From: Candidatus Binatia bacterium
GTDB taxonomy: Bacteria > Chloroflexota > Limnocylindria > Limnocylindrales > CSP1-4
DNA length: 46,057 nt
NCBI GenBank assembly: GCA_035574535.1
Contig: DATLYV010000028.1
Span: forward strand, 1 to 46,057
Direction of reading: 5' to 3'
Below are positions 1-8,985 of this stretch, one piece after another. The position numbers and the translations under genes were made by a program. Below the pieces are notes generated by a model, which searched no databases, was not told the origin of the DNA, and was given only the letters and a program-made list of their open reading frames with translations. How positions within the stretch are numbered: position 1 is the stretch's first letter; every line of letters begins with the position of its first letter.

Positions 1-1
1 G

Positions 2-949
2 TCGGTCTCGGTCGAGGCCCTCGTCGCCGCGGGTCACGACGTCGTCGCCCTCGACAACCTCGCCACTGCGACCGGCACGGCGAACCTCGCCGGTGCGGAG
101 CTCGTGGTCGGGACGTACACCGACCGCCCCTTCATGGCCGACCTCCTCCGCGACCGCTCGATCGACGCCATCCTCCACTGCGGCGCCCGCTCGCTGGTCG
201 GCGAGTCGGTTCGCGAGCCGGCGCTGTACTTCCGGGAGAACGTCGCGGGCGGCATCGCGATGCTCGAGGCGATGCGCGACGCCGCGGTCGACCGGCTGGT
301 CATCTCGTCGACCGCCGCCGTCTATGGCATCCCCGAGGCGACGCCGATCCCCGAGGACGCGCCGCTCCGACCGATCAACCCGTACGGCGAGTCGAAGCGC
401 TCGCTCGAGGCGGCCGCCGCGTGGTTCGCCCGGGCCTACGGCATGCGCGTCGCCTCGCTGCGGTACTTCAACGTCGCGGGCGCGTCGGCGACGAACGGCG
501 AGCGCCACGACCCTGAGACCCACCTCATCCCGAACGTTCTCGCCGCGGCCGAGGGCGGCCCGCCGCTGACGGTCTTCGGCACGGACTACCCGACCCCGGA
601 CGGCACGGCGATCCGCGACTACGTCCACGTCCTCGACCTCGCCGACGCGCACCGCCGGGCGCTCGAGGCGACCGCGGAGGGCGACGAACGCACGCTCGAG
701 CCGCTGTTCCTGAATCTCGGCAGCGGCGAGGGGCTCAGCGTGCGCGACGTGCTGCACGGTGCGGAGCGGGTGATCGGGCTGCGGGTCCCGCACGGCTACG
801 GCCCGCGCCGCGAGGGCGACCCACCCGTGCTGGTGGCCTCGATCGAGCGGGCACGGGAGGTCCTGGGCTGGGAGCCGGTCCGATCCAGCCTCGAGGAGAT
901 GGTCGCCTCGGCCTGGGCCGAGCGCCGCGCGCGGCCCGCGGCCGCGTAG
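2..949 (+). CDS. galE: UDP-glucose 4-epimerase, 5' end cut by window edge
   Basis: The frame is open from the window start. Typical GalE motifs are present: STAAVYG, NPYGESK (the YxxxK catalytic region), LRYFNVAG and IRDYVHVLDLADAH. Stop codon at 947-949. Confidence 0.9.
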   Translation, partial: SVSVEALVAAGHDVVALDNLATATGTANLAGAELVVGTYTDRPFMADLLRDRSIDAILHCGARSLVGESVREPALYFRENVAGGIAMLEAMRDAAVDRLVISSTAAVYGIPEATPIPEDAPLRPINPYGESKRSLEAAAAWFARAYGMRVASLRYFNVAGASATNGERHDPETHLIPNVLAAAEGGPPLTVFGTDYPTPDGTAIRDYVHVLDLADAHRRALEATAEGDERTLEPLFLNLGSGEGLSVRDVLHGAERVIGLRVPHGYGPRREGDPPVLVASIERAREVLGWEPVRSSLEEMVASAWAERRARPAAA

Positions 950-1036
950 CCCGCGGGCGTTCCGCCGTCCTGGCGCGGGCCGCCCTCCCTGGACTGGCTT
1001 CCGCGTCGGCGGGGGCCGTCGGAGATGGTCAAGTCT

Positions 1037-1108
1037 CCCGTGTGGCGGGGATCTGGCAAGCGGATCCGGCACAGCGGCCGGATAACCCCGCGTGGCGGGG
1101 ATCTGGCA
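1037..1108. repeat. Two copies of a 22-bp direct repeat CCCG(T/C)GTGGCGGGGATCTGGCA (1037-1058 and 1087-1108), 50-bp period, in the convergent galE/MFS intergenic region
   Basis: Read directly from the sequence, with 1 mismatch between copies. The second copy contains a short CCCCG/CGGGG hairpin. Confidence 0.6.
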
Positions 1109-1144
1109 GACACGGGGTGCGCGGGCTCCGAGAACGGGCCCGAG

Positions 1145-2539
1145 CTAGTGCCGCGCCGGGCCGGGGACGTCGTAGGCGGGGATCAGGTGCTCCGGCGGCG
1201 GGCTCGCGCCCTCCACGTCGCCATCGCCGTCCGGCTCCGAGGGCGGCTCCGGCACGCCGCGGAGCAGCAGCATCCCGATCGCCATCAGAACGAGGAAGCT
1301 CAGGATGCCGACCTGGTACGCGCTCTTGCCCCAGCCCGCGTCGAGCAGCACCGACACGGTCGTCCCGTACAGGATCGGGCCGGTCACGGCGCTGAACTTC
1401 CCGGCCAGCCCATAGAGCCCGAAGAACTCGCCGATCTTGTCGCGGGGCGAGAGCCGAAGCATGAACACCCGGTCGGACGTCCAGACGCCGCCGAGCCCGG
1501 AGCCCAGGAGCAGGCCAGCGGCCAGGAACGTCGGGAACTCGAGGACCGCGCCCGCGATCACCAGCCCGACGCACCACGAGGCGAGCACGTACTGCAGCGT
1601 CCGCTTCGGGCCGATCCGCTCGACCAGCCAGCCCCACCCGAAGCTCGCCGCCACCGCCGCGACCGTCAGCCCGAGCAGCAGCAGGTTGACCTGGCCCTGC
1701 GTCAGCCCGATCGCCTCGACCGCGAACACGCCCATGATCACGATCACCGTGTTGACCGGGTCGGTGTACACGAACCGGGCGACCAGGAAGCGGAGGAGCC
1801 CCGGAACCGCCCGGGCGTCGTCGAGCGTGGTCCGGATCTGGCTCCACGACGCGAGCGCATCGCCGACCCGGAATCGGTACTCGCTGGTCTTCGGCTCGCG
1901 GACGGCGAGGAAGATCGGAATCGCGAAGATCGCATACAGCGCGGCGGCCATGAAGAACGTCAGGCTCGTGGCGCCCGAATCGGTGAGCAGGATCAGCAGC
2001 GCGATGACGATCGTGCCCACGTACCCGATCGCCACGCCGAGCCCGGACACCAGGCCCCGCGTCGCGGGCTTCGACACCACGGGCAGCGTGGCGTCGTAGT
2101 AGATCAGCGCCGCCTGGTACGAGAAGTTGGCGATCGTGAACAGCCCGAGGCCGATGAACGACAACACCGAGCCGCCGCCGGCGAGCAGCCCGATGAGCGC
2201 CGTCGCGATGATCGTCTGGGCCGTGAAGAACAGGAGGTACGGCAGCTTTCGGCCGCCGCGATCGGACATCGCCCCGAGCACCGGCGACACGAGCGCGTTC
2301 AGCCCGACGGACGCGGCGTTGGCGATCCCGAACCAGAACTGGCCGTCGGCGGCGCCGAGGCGGGACGCGTCCGTGACCCACAGGCCCATCGCGTAGGACA
2401 CGATCGCGTAGCTGTAGATCGTGTTCGCGAAGTCGTAGAGCGCCCACGCGACCGGGACGCCGGCCCGGCCCGACGGCGTCAGCGCCGCCAGCCGCGCGAT
2501 GAACCCGAGCCCGCGCCCACCAGATGCCGCCGTCGCCAT
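1145..2539 (-). CDS. MFS transporter, UMF1/Atg22-like family
   Basis: This is the C-terminal 464 aa of the 1010-aa track ORF, starting at the ATG at 2539 (MATAASGG...). It is a multi-pass hydrophobic protein with YDFANTIYSYAIVSYAMGLW and FFGLYGLAGKFSAVTGP motifs typical of Atg22-like MFS proteins. The upstream part of the ORF is antisense to the GT gene. Confidence 0.8.
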   Translation of the reverse strand: MATAASGGRGLGFIARLAALTPSGRAGVPVAWALYDFANTIYSYAIVSYAMGLWVTDASRLGAADGQFWFGIANAASVGLNALVSPVLGAMSDRGGRKLPYLLFFTAQTIIATALIGLLAGGGSVLSFIGLGLFTIANFSYQAALIYYDATLPVVSKPATRGLVSGLGVAIGYVGTIVIALLILLTDSGATSLTFFMAAALYAIFAIPIFLAVREPKTSEYRFRVGDALASWSQIRTTLDDARAVPGLLRFLVARFVYTDPVNTVIVIMGVFAVEAIGLTQGQVNLLLLGLTVAAVAASFGWGWLVERIGPKRTLQYVLASWCVGLVIAGAVLEFPTFLAAGLLLGSGLGGVWTSDRVFMLRLSPRDKIGEFFGLYGLAGKFSAVTGPILYGTTVSVLLDAGWGKSAYQVGILSFLVLMAIGMLLLRGVPEPPSEPDGDGDVEGASPPPEHLIPAYDVPGPARH

Positions 2540-2701
2540 CGATGCGCCCTCCCGCGGCGGATCATAGGCCCGCGGCTTCGGTGAAACCTGCCCGCCGCGG
2601 CGGCCCGAACACACCGCCACTCGACCCAGGGCGCGCGAGATGCGTCCTTGGCATGCGCTCGTCGTGGGGCCTCGGGCCGGATCGGTGGTACGGTGGACCG
2701 G

Positions 2702-4258
2702 ATGCTCGAGCCCGTGCTCACGCCGGCCATCCGAGAGGAGATCGCCCGCCTCGAGCGGGCCGACATCATGGTCGGCATCCCGAGCTTCAAGAACGCGACG
2801 ACGATCGGCTACGTCGTCCGCGCGGCCCAGGCCGGCCTCGTCCAGTACTTCCCGGACCTGCGCCCCGTCGTGGTCAACTCGGACGCCGGCTCGCCCGACG
2901 GCACCGGCCGCGTCGTCATCGAGACCGAGCCGCCCGACTACATCGAGCGGATCCTCCTCGTCCGGCCGACCAACAAGCTGGCGCGGGTCTCGCTCACGTA
3001 CCCCGAGATCGACGGGGTCGGCGGCAAGGGAGCCGCGCTGCGAACGATCTTCGAGATCGCGGCGGCGCTGGATGTCCAGGCGCTCGTCGTGGTCGACAGC
3101 GACCTGCGGTCGATCGGGCCGGAGTGGATCGAGCTCCTCGCCGGGCCGATCCTCAAGGGCGGCTACGACTACGTCGCCCCGCTGTACGCCCGCCACAAGC
3201 ACGACGGCACGATCACGAACAACGTCACCTATCCGCTGACGCGGGCGCTGTACGGCATGCGCATCCGCCAGCCGATCGGCGGCGACTTCGGCGTCTCGGG
3301 CGACCTCGTGCGCCACTACCTCCAGGCGGGCGACTGGACGCCGGAGGTCTCGAAGTTCGGGATCGACATCTGGATGACGACGCTCGCGCTGTCGGGCGGC
3401 TTCGCGGTCTGCCAGGCGCGCCTCGGCGCCAAGGTCCATGACCCGAAGGACCCCGGCGCGGACCTCGGCCCGATGTTCCGCCAGGTGGTGACCACGATCC
3501 TCCGGCTGGCCGTCGCGAACGCCGACCGCTGGACCCAGGTCCACGGCTCGCACGACGTCCCGAACTACGGGTTCGAGCGGATCGTCGACCCGCCGCCGCT
3601 CGAGATCAACGTCCTGCGGCTCCTGTCCGAGTTCCAGGCCGGCGCCGTGACGATGGGCGACACGTGGCGCCAGATGCTCGCCCCGGACACCGCGGCCGCC
3701 GTCCTGGGCCTGGCCGACGAGGCCGGCCGCATCGCCGACCACGTGCGGAAGGTGGTCGAGGCGGACGCCCCGGGCAGCGAGCGGCCGTCCACTGCCGCGA
3801 TGGCCGCCGCGGCCGCCGGGTTCGCCTTCCCCGACGCCACGTGGGCGAGGGTCATCTACGACCTCGTCATCACGGCCCGGGAGGAGCCGGCCCGGCTCGA
3901 GGAGTACGTGACGTCGCTCGTGCCGGTCTACTTCGGGCGGGTGGCGAGCGCGGTGATCGAGAACCGCGACCTCCCGACTGATCGGGCCGAGGAGAGCGTC
4001 GAGCGGCAGGCCCGCGAGTTCGAACGCCTGAAGCCGTACCTCGTCGATCGGTGGGGGAAGAGTTTGGCGGCGAGCGCCGAGGCGGGCGCCGCGGCCGGTG
4101 TCGGAGCCGGCGCGACGAACGGGTCCGCCACCGCCAAGGGCGAGGGCAAGGGCAAGGGTGCGGACGGCGCCGGTCATGCCGGCACAGGTGCCTCGGCGGC
4201 CGGCGGCGACCTCGGCGCCGAGGCGGATCGCCTGGGCGGCAGCGTGGCCGGGCGATGA
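2702..4258 (+). CDS. Glycosyltransferase (GT-A-like N-terminal domain), possibly a glycosyl-glycerate-type synthase
   Basis: The N-terminus IMVGIPSFKNATTIGYVV resembles the first beta-alpha-beta of GT2-like enzymes. A DxD-like VVVDSDL motif is present. The stop overlaps the start of the GpgS fusion gene (ATGA at 4255-4258). The start could alternatively be at 2648. Confidence 0.6.
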   Translation: MLEPVLTPAIREEIARLERADIMVGIPSFKNATTIGYVVRAAQAGLVQYFPDLRPVVVNSDAGSPDGTGRVVIETEPPDYIERILLVRPTNKLARVSLTYPEIDGVGGKGAALRTIFEIAAALDVQALVVVDSDLRSIGPEWIELLAGPILKGGYDYVAPLYARHKHDGTITNNVTYPLTRALYGMRIRQPIGGDFGVSGDLVRHYLQAGDWTPEVSKFGIDIWMTTLALSGGFAVCQARLGAKVHDPKDPGADLGPMFRQVVTTILRLAVANADRWTQVHGSHDVPNYGFERIVDPPPLEINVLRLLSEFQAGAVTMGDTWRQMLAPDTAAAVLGLADEAGRIADHVRKVVEADAPGSERPSTAAMAAAAAGFAFPDATWARVIYDLVITAREEPARLEEYVTSLVPVYFGRVASAVIENRDLPTDRAEESVERQAREFERLKPYLVDRWGKSLAASAEAGAAAGVGAGATNGSATAKGEGKGKGADGAGHAGTGASAAGGDLGAEADRLGGSVAGR

Positions 4259-6183
4259 CCGCCGAGCGCCCGCTGCCGATGCGGATCGTCATCCCGGTGG
4301 CAAATCCCGCGACCGCGGAAGAGCTCATCCGGCTCGGGTCGGACCTGCTCGACCCGCGACGCGGCGAGCTGACCGCGCTCGGGATCGTCGAAGTGCCCGA
4401 GGGCATGCCGCTGTCCGAGGGCGCGACCCGCGCCCGCCACGCCAGGCGCCTCCTCCAGCGCGTCCTGGACTTCGTGCCGCCAGGCACGCGCATCCACCCG
4501 ATCGTCCGCATCGGCCGTCACGCCGCGGAAGGGATCGTCGAGGCCGCCGCCGAGCTGGAGGCGGACCTCCTCGTCTTCGGCTGGGGCGGCAAGGCCCAGG
4601 GCACCCGCGGCGAGGGGCTCACCTCGCCGTTCTCCGCGACGATCGACGAGGTCCTCCGTGAGTCGCCGTGCGACATCGCCGTCGTGAAGCAGCGCGGCGT
4701 CCGGAACCTCAAGCGCGTCGTCGTCCCGGTCCGCGGCGGCCCGCACGCCGAGCTGGCCCTCCAGGTCGGGAGCGCCATCGCCAACCGCCATGAGGCGACC
4801 CTCACCGCGCTCCACATCGTGCCGCCGGGCATCACCGTCGCCGTCCGGGCCCAGGCGGAGCGCGCACTCGCGGCCTTCGTGAAGCAGCACGTCTCCGGCA
4901 AGGTCGAGACGCTCGTCCAGGAGGCCTCGAACGTCCGGGCCGCGATCCTCCGGGAGGCAGACCGCTCGGACATCGTCGTGATGGGCGCCGCGGCGGCGAC
5001 CGCGACGAACGGCAGCGCCCACCCCTTCGGGGCCCTGCCCGAGGCGATCGCCACCCGGTCGCAGACGACCGTCGTCGTCGTCAAGACGCGCGACCCGATC
5101 GGGCGCCAGACGTTCGAGCAGCTCGCCACCCGCGCCGAGTCCCTCGTCGCCGCCGACCGCGCCGCGGAGGAATCCCGCGCCGTGCCGGCCCGGGTCGAGC
5201 GGTGGTTCGGCGAATCGAACTTCCACCACCACGAGTTCGCCGACCTGCGCCGCCTGACACAGCTCAAGGAGAAGCAGGGCGTCACGATCAGCCTCGTCCT
5301 CCCGACCCTCAACGAGGAGGAGACGATCGGACCGATCGTGCGCCGGGCGGTCCGCGAGATGGTCGGGCGGGTGCCGCTCCTCGACGAGGTCCTCGTGATC
5401 GACTCCGCCTCGACCGACCGGACCCGCGAGATCGCCGAGGCCGAGGGCGCCCGGGTCGTGCTCCACCAGGACGTCCTGAGCCGCTACGGCAGCTTCAAGG
5501 GCAAGGGCGAGGCGCTCTGGAAGTCGCTCTACGAGACGACCGGCGACCTGATCGTCTGGGCGGATACGGACGTGAAGAACTGGCACCCGCGGTTCGTCTA
5601 CGGGACCCTCGGGCCGCTGCTGCACGAGCCGCGCCTCCAGTACGTCAAGGGCTACTACCAGCGCCCGATCGTCGAAGGCGGCGTGCTCCGCGAGGGCGGC
5701 GGCGGTCGCGTGACGGAACTGGTGGCGCGCCCGCTCCTCAACCTGTTCTTCCCGGAGCTGTCGGGCTTCATCCAGCCGCTGTCCGGCGAGTACGCCGGTC
5801 GACGGTCGACGCTCGAGCAGATCCCGTTCTTCACCGGCTACGCGGTCGAGATCGGGCACCTCGTCGACATCGCCGAGCGGGCCGGGCTCGACGGGCTCGG
5901 CCAGGTCGATCTCGAGCGGCGGGTCCACCGGAACCAGGAGCTCGAGGGGCTGTCGCGGATGTCGTTCGTGATCCTCCAGGCCGTGATGAAGCGGCTCGAG
6001 GAGCGGCGCAAGGCGCGCCTGTTCGCCGAGCTCGGCTCGACGATGAAGCTGCCGCGCTCCGGCAAGGGCCGCCTCTCGCTCGAGGTCATCGAGCTGGCCG
6101 ACATGGAGCGCCCGCCGATGGTCCGCATCCCGGAGTACCTGGAGCGACGGCAGACGGCGGTCGCCGGCACCGTCATCGGCTAG
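4255..6183 (+). CDS. gpgS: Two universal-stress-protein (USP) domains fused to glucosyl-3-phosphoglycerate synthase
   Basis: The N-terminal ~300 aa hold two USP-like repeats (IVIPVANP...LLVFGWGG and VVVPVRGG...IVVMGAA...VVVVK). The C-terminal ~320 aa have GpgS-like motifs: LVLPTLNEEETIG, VIDSASTDRT, GKGEALW, WADTDVKNW and GGGRVTEL. Confidence 0.8.
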   Translation: MTAERPLPMRIVIPVANPATAEELIRLGSDLLDPRRGELTALGIVEVPEGMPLSEGATRARHARRLLQRVLDFVPPGTRIHPIVRIGRHAAEGIVEAAAELEADLLVFGWGGKAQGTRGEGLTSPFSATIDEVLRESPCDIAVVKQRGVRNLKRVVVPVRGGPHAELALQVGSAIANRHEATLTALHIVPPGITVAVRAQAERALAAFVKQHVSGKVETLVQEASNVRAAILREADRSDIVVMGAAAATATNGSAHPFGALPEAIATRSQTTVVVVKTRDPIGRQTFEQLATRAESLVAADRAAEESRAVPARVERWFGESNFHHHEFADLRRLTQLKEKQGVTISLVLPTLNEEETIGPIVRRAVREMVGRVPLLDEVLVIDSASTDRTREIAEAEGARVVLHQDVLSRYGSFKGKGEALWKSLYETTGDLIVWADTDVKNWHPRFVYGTLGPLLHEPRLQYVKGYYQRPIVEGGVLREGGGGRVTELVARPLLNLFFPELSGFIQPLSGEYAGRRSTLEQIPFFTGYAVEIGHLVDIAERAGLDGLGQVDLERRVHRNQELEGLSRMSFVILQAVMKRLEERRKARLFAELGSTMKLPRSGKGRLSLEVIELADMERPPMVRIPEYLERRQTAVAGTVIG

Positions 6184-6205
6184 CGTCGGAAGCGGCGGCT
6201 CGCGC

Positions 6206-7387
6206 TTGCGGGTTCTCATCGCGCCCGACTCGTTCAAGGGCTCGCTGACCTCCGTCGAGGTCGCGACGGCGCTCGCGTCCGGGTGGCTGGAGGCGCGCCC
6301 ATCCGACGAGGTGCTGCTGGCGCCGCTCGCCGACGGCGGCGAAGGCACGCTCGTGGCGATCGAGGCGGCGGGCGGCTGGTCGTGGCGCGAGACGCGGGTC
6401 ACCGGGCCGGACTTCTGGCCCGTCACGGCTCGCTGGCTCGTGTCGCCGGACGGGCGGCGGGCGGTGATCGAGATGGCCGCGGCCTCCGGGCTCTCGCTGG
6501 TGGCACCCGGTGAGCGCCGGACCACCCGGTTCACGACGATGGGCACGGGCGAGCTCATCCGCGCCGCATTTGACGCGGGTGTCCGCGACATCACGCTGGG
6601 CATCGGCGGGTCCGCGACCACGGATGGCGCGGCCGGGATCCTGGCGGCCCTCGGGGCGGTGGTCCGCGGCGCGGACGGGTCGCCGCTGGCCGAGCCCCCC
6701 GCCGCGCCCGTGCCGACGCAGCTCGCCGGGGCGACCTCGGTCGACCTCGCCGGCCTCGACCCGCGCCTCGCGGAGGTCGATCTCCGGATCGCCTGCGACG
6801 TCACGAACCCGCTGCTCGGCCGCAGCGGCGCGGCCGCGGTCTACGGCCCGCAGAAGGGCGCAACGCCGGACGAGGTCACGTCGCTGGACGCCGCCCTCGC
6901 GACGTACGCCGACGCCCTGGAGGCCGCTACCGGCCGCCGGGAGCGCGACACGCCGGGCGCCGGCGCCGCTGGGGGGACGGGCTTCGGGCTGCTGTGCCTC
7001 GCGGGCCGTTTCCGATCGCTCCGGCTGGTCCCCGGCATCGAGGTCGTGATGGAGGCGGCGGACTTCGCGGGCAAGCTGGCCTCCGCTGACCTCGTGATCA
7101 CCGGCGAGGGGCGCATCGACGCCCAGACGGCCTTCGGCAAGACGGCGCTCGGGGTGGCACGGCGCGCGAGCGAGGCTGGCGTCCCGTGCGTCGCCGTCGG
7201 CGGGGGCGTCGATCCGGCGGGCGAGGCGGTGCTCGCGGAGCTCGGCGTTCCGACCATCGGGGTCACCGAGGCGCCGATCGACCTCGAGGCGGCGATGGCC
7301 GCGGGCGCGGAGCCGGTCCGGCGCTGCGGGCGACGGATCGCACGGCTCGTGCGCCTGGGGCTGTCCCTCGGCGAGAGCACCCCGTAG
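6206..7387 (+). CDS. Glycerate kinase
   Basis: TTG start. Family motifs present: IAPDSFKGS, LADGGEGT, GIGGSATTDGAAG and ITGEGRIDAQT. Confidence 0.85.
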   Translation: MRVLIAPDSFKGSLTSVEVATALASGWLEARPSDEVLLAPLADGGEGTLVAIEAAGGWSWRETRVTGPDFWPVTARWLVSPDGRRAVIEMAAASGLSLVAPGERRTTRFTTMGTGELIRAAFDAGVRDITLGIGGSATTDGAAGILAALGAVVRGADGSPLAEPPAAPVPTQLAGATSVDLAGLDPRLAEVDLRIACDVTNPLLGRSGAAAVYGPQKGATPDEVTSLDAALATYADALEAATGRRERDTPGAGAAGGTGFGLLCLAGRFRSLRLVPGIEVVMEAADFAGKLASADLVITGEGRIDAQTAFGKTALGVARRASEAGVPCVAVGGGVDPAGEAVLAELGVPTIGVTEAPIDLEAAMAAGAEPVRRCGRRIARLVRLGLSLGESTP

Positions 7388-7398
7388 TCTTGGCCGCC

Positions 7399-8232
7399 AT
7401 GCCAATGAGCACGGCCCGGAAGTCGACCGCACGGAAGGGGCCGAAGCGCCGCAAGGCCAACCCCTACCTCGCCTGGGCGAAGGGCCTGGAGCGCCGCCGG
7501 CCGGGCCTCGTCGACTTCACGCTCACGCGGCTGCGCGAGCTCTACGGCCCCCAGCCGTGGGTCCGGCGCTGGGACCCCACGAGCGAGCTGGTGATGACGA
7601 TCCTCACCCAGAACAGCGCCGACATCAACGCCGAGCACGCGTTTGTGGAGCTGCGCAGGGCGTACCCGTCGAAGCTGCCGCCCGAGGAGCACAGGCCGGG
7701 GCCGGGCTGGGGCGGGGTCGGGTTGCCGCCGGGGCCGCCGCCGGACTGGGCCGCGATCGACGCGGCGCCGCTGGAGGAGCTGGTCGAGGTCATCCGGCCG
7801 GGGGGCCTGCCGAACCAGAAGGCCAAGGGCATCAAGGCGGCCCTCCGATCGCTGCACGAGGCGCGAGGCGACTACTCCCTGGAGTTCCTCGGCGAGATGT
7901 CGGCGCTCGACGCCCGCAACTGGCTGACGAGCATCAAGGGCGTCGGCGTGAAGACCGCCTCGGTCGTGCTGCTGTTCTCGTTCGGGCTGCCGCTCATGCC
8001 GGTCGACCGGCACGTCGAGCGGGTCGCGCGCCGCGTCGGGCTGCTCCCCGCCAAGGCCAACGCCGCGGAGGCCCACGATCACTTCCTCGCGATGCTCGCG
8101 CCGGAGCAGATGCACGAGGCCCACGTCAACCTCATCCGGCACGGCCGGCTCGTCTGCCACGCCCGCAACCCGGCCCACGACCGCTGCCCGCTCCGCGAGC
8201 GCTGCCGCTTCTACGACCCGAAGGCGCCCTGA
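7399..8232 (+). CDS. nth: Endonuclease III-like HhH-GPD DNA glycosylase
   Basis: Contains an HhH motif (LTSIKGVGVKTASVVLL), the catalytic-region PVDRHV, and a C-terminal Fe-S cluster loop C-x9-C-x5-C with His at the position of one Cys. The ATG at 7399 lies inside the longer track ORF. Confidence 0.75.
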   Translation: MPMSTARKSTARKGPKRRKANPYLAWAKGLERRRPGLVDFTLTRLRELYGPQPWVRRWDPTSELVMTILTQNSADINAEHAFVELRRAYPSKLPPEEHRPGPGWGGVGLPPGPPPDWAAIDAAPLEELVEVIRPGGLPNQKAKGIKAALRSLHEARGDYSLEFLGEMSALDARNWLTSIKGVGVKTASVVLLFSFGLPLMPVDRHVERVARRVGLLPAKANAAEAHDHFLAMLAPEQMHEAHVNLIRHGRLVCHARNPAHDRCPLRERCRFYDPKAP

Positions 8233-8247
8233 CCCGACGAATCCCGC

Positions 8248-8985
8248 GTGTATCCTCCGGCCATGCTGAGCGGCTGGCGGGGCGAGACGGCGCCGCGCAT
8301 CCTCCTCGTCGACGACGACCCCAACCTGCTCGTGCTCCTGGCGGACCAGCTGCGCGCTGACGGCTTCGAGATCCAGACCGCGCGCGACGGCGAGGAGGCG
8401 CTGCGGCGCCTCGAGGCGGCCTGGCCCGACCTCCTCCTGATCGACATGATGATGGCGCGCATGGACGGGCTGACCTTGGCCCGCGAGGTCAAGGCCCGCG
8501 CCGACCTGCCGATCATCGTCCTCTCGGCTATCGATACCGCGGACTCCAAGGCCGACCTGCTCGAGGAGGTCGCGGAGGACTACGTCACCAAGCCCTACCA
8601 CTACCCCGAGCTGCGGGCGCGGATCATGCGCGTCCTGCGCCGCATCGGCGACAAGGTCCCACGCCGCGAGCTCGTGCTCGGGCCGGACCTGTCGCTGGAG
8701 CTGCGCCGCAGGACCGCGACCGTCCGCGGCCAGGCCGTCCAGCTGACTCCGACGGAATCACGCCTGCTCTACGCCCTCGCGGCGAACCTCGGCAACACCG
8801 TCTCCACAGAGACGCTCCTCGACCGCGGCTGGGGCGACACGGACGACGCCGATCCCTCCTACGTCTGGGTCACGATGCGCCGTCTGCGCCAGAAGATCGA
8901 GCCGGACCCGGACCACCCGATCCACCTCGTGACCGTCCGCGGCGTCGGCTACCGCCTGGTCAGCCGCCAGGGCCAGTCGTCGTGA
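8248..8985 (+). CDS. OmpR-family response regulator
   Basis: Receiver domain (ILLVDDD, LLLIDMMM..MDG, KP) followed by a winged-helix domain (LTPTESRLLYAL, VRGVGYRL). Alternative ATG start at 8263. Confidence 0.9.
   Translation: MYPPAMLSGWRGETAPRILLVDDDPNLLVLLADQLRADGFEIQTARDGEEALRRLEAAWPDLLLIDMMMARMDGLTLAREVKARADLPIIVLSAIDTADSKADLLEEVAEDYVTKPYHYPELRARIMRVLRRIGDKVPRRELVLGPDLSLELRRRTATVRGQAVQLTPTESRLLYALAANLGNTVSTETLLDRGWGDTDDADPSYVWVTMRRLRQKIEPDPDHPIHLVTVRGVGYRLVSRQGQSS

Noticed and set aside
1037-1108. Possible mini-CRISPR (22-bp repeats with a 28-bp spacer)
   Set aside because: Only two copies are present, the repeats are shorter than typical, there are no cas genes, and the site lies between convergent 3' ends. 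It is better described as a REP-like or terminator-associated repeat.
1025-2584. 519-aa plus-strand ORF (and the 472-aa minus ORF 1029-2447) overlapping the MFS transporter gene
   Set aside because: The translations are Arg/Pro/Asp/Glu-rich low-complexity sequence, typical of wrong-frame or antisense ORFs in high-GC DNA. The in-frame MFS gene on the minus strand explains the region.
4174-6804. 876-aa minus-strand ORF antisense to the USP-GpgS and glycerate kinase genes
   Set aside because: No recognisable domains and an extreme Arg/Ala/Gly/Asp composition. The plus-strand genes have clear family motifs.
6841-8601. 586-aa minus-strand ORF across the glycerate kinase, nth and response-regulator genes
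   Set aside because: It is antisense to three well-supported genes and its translation is low-complexity.
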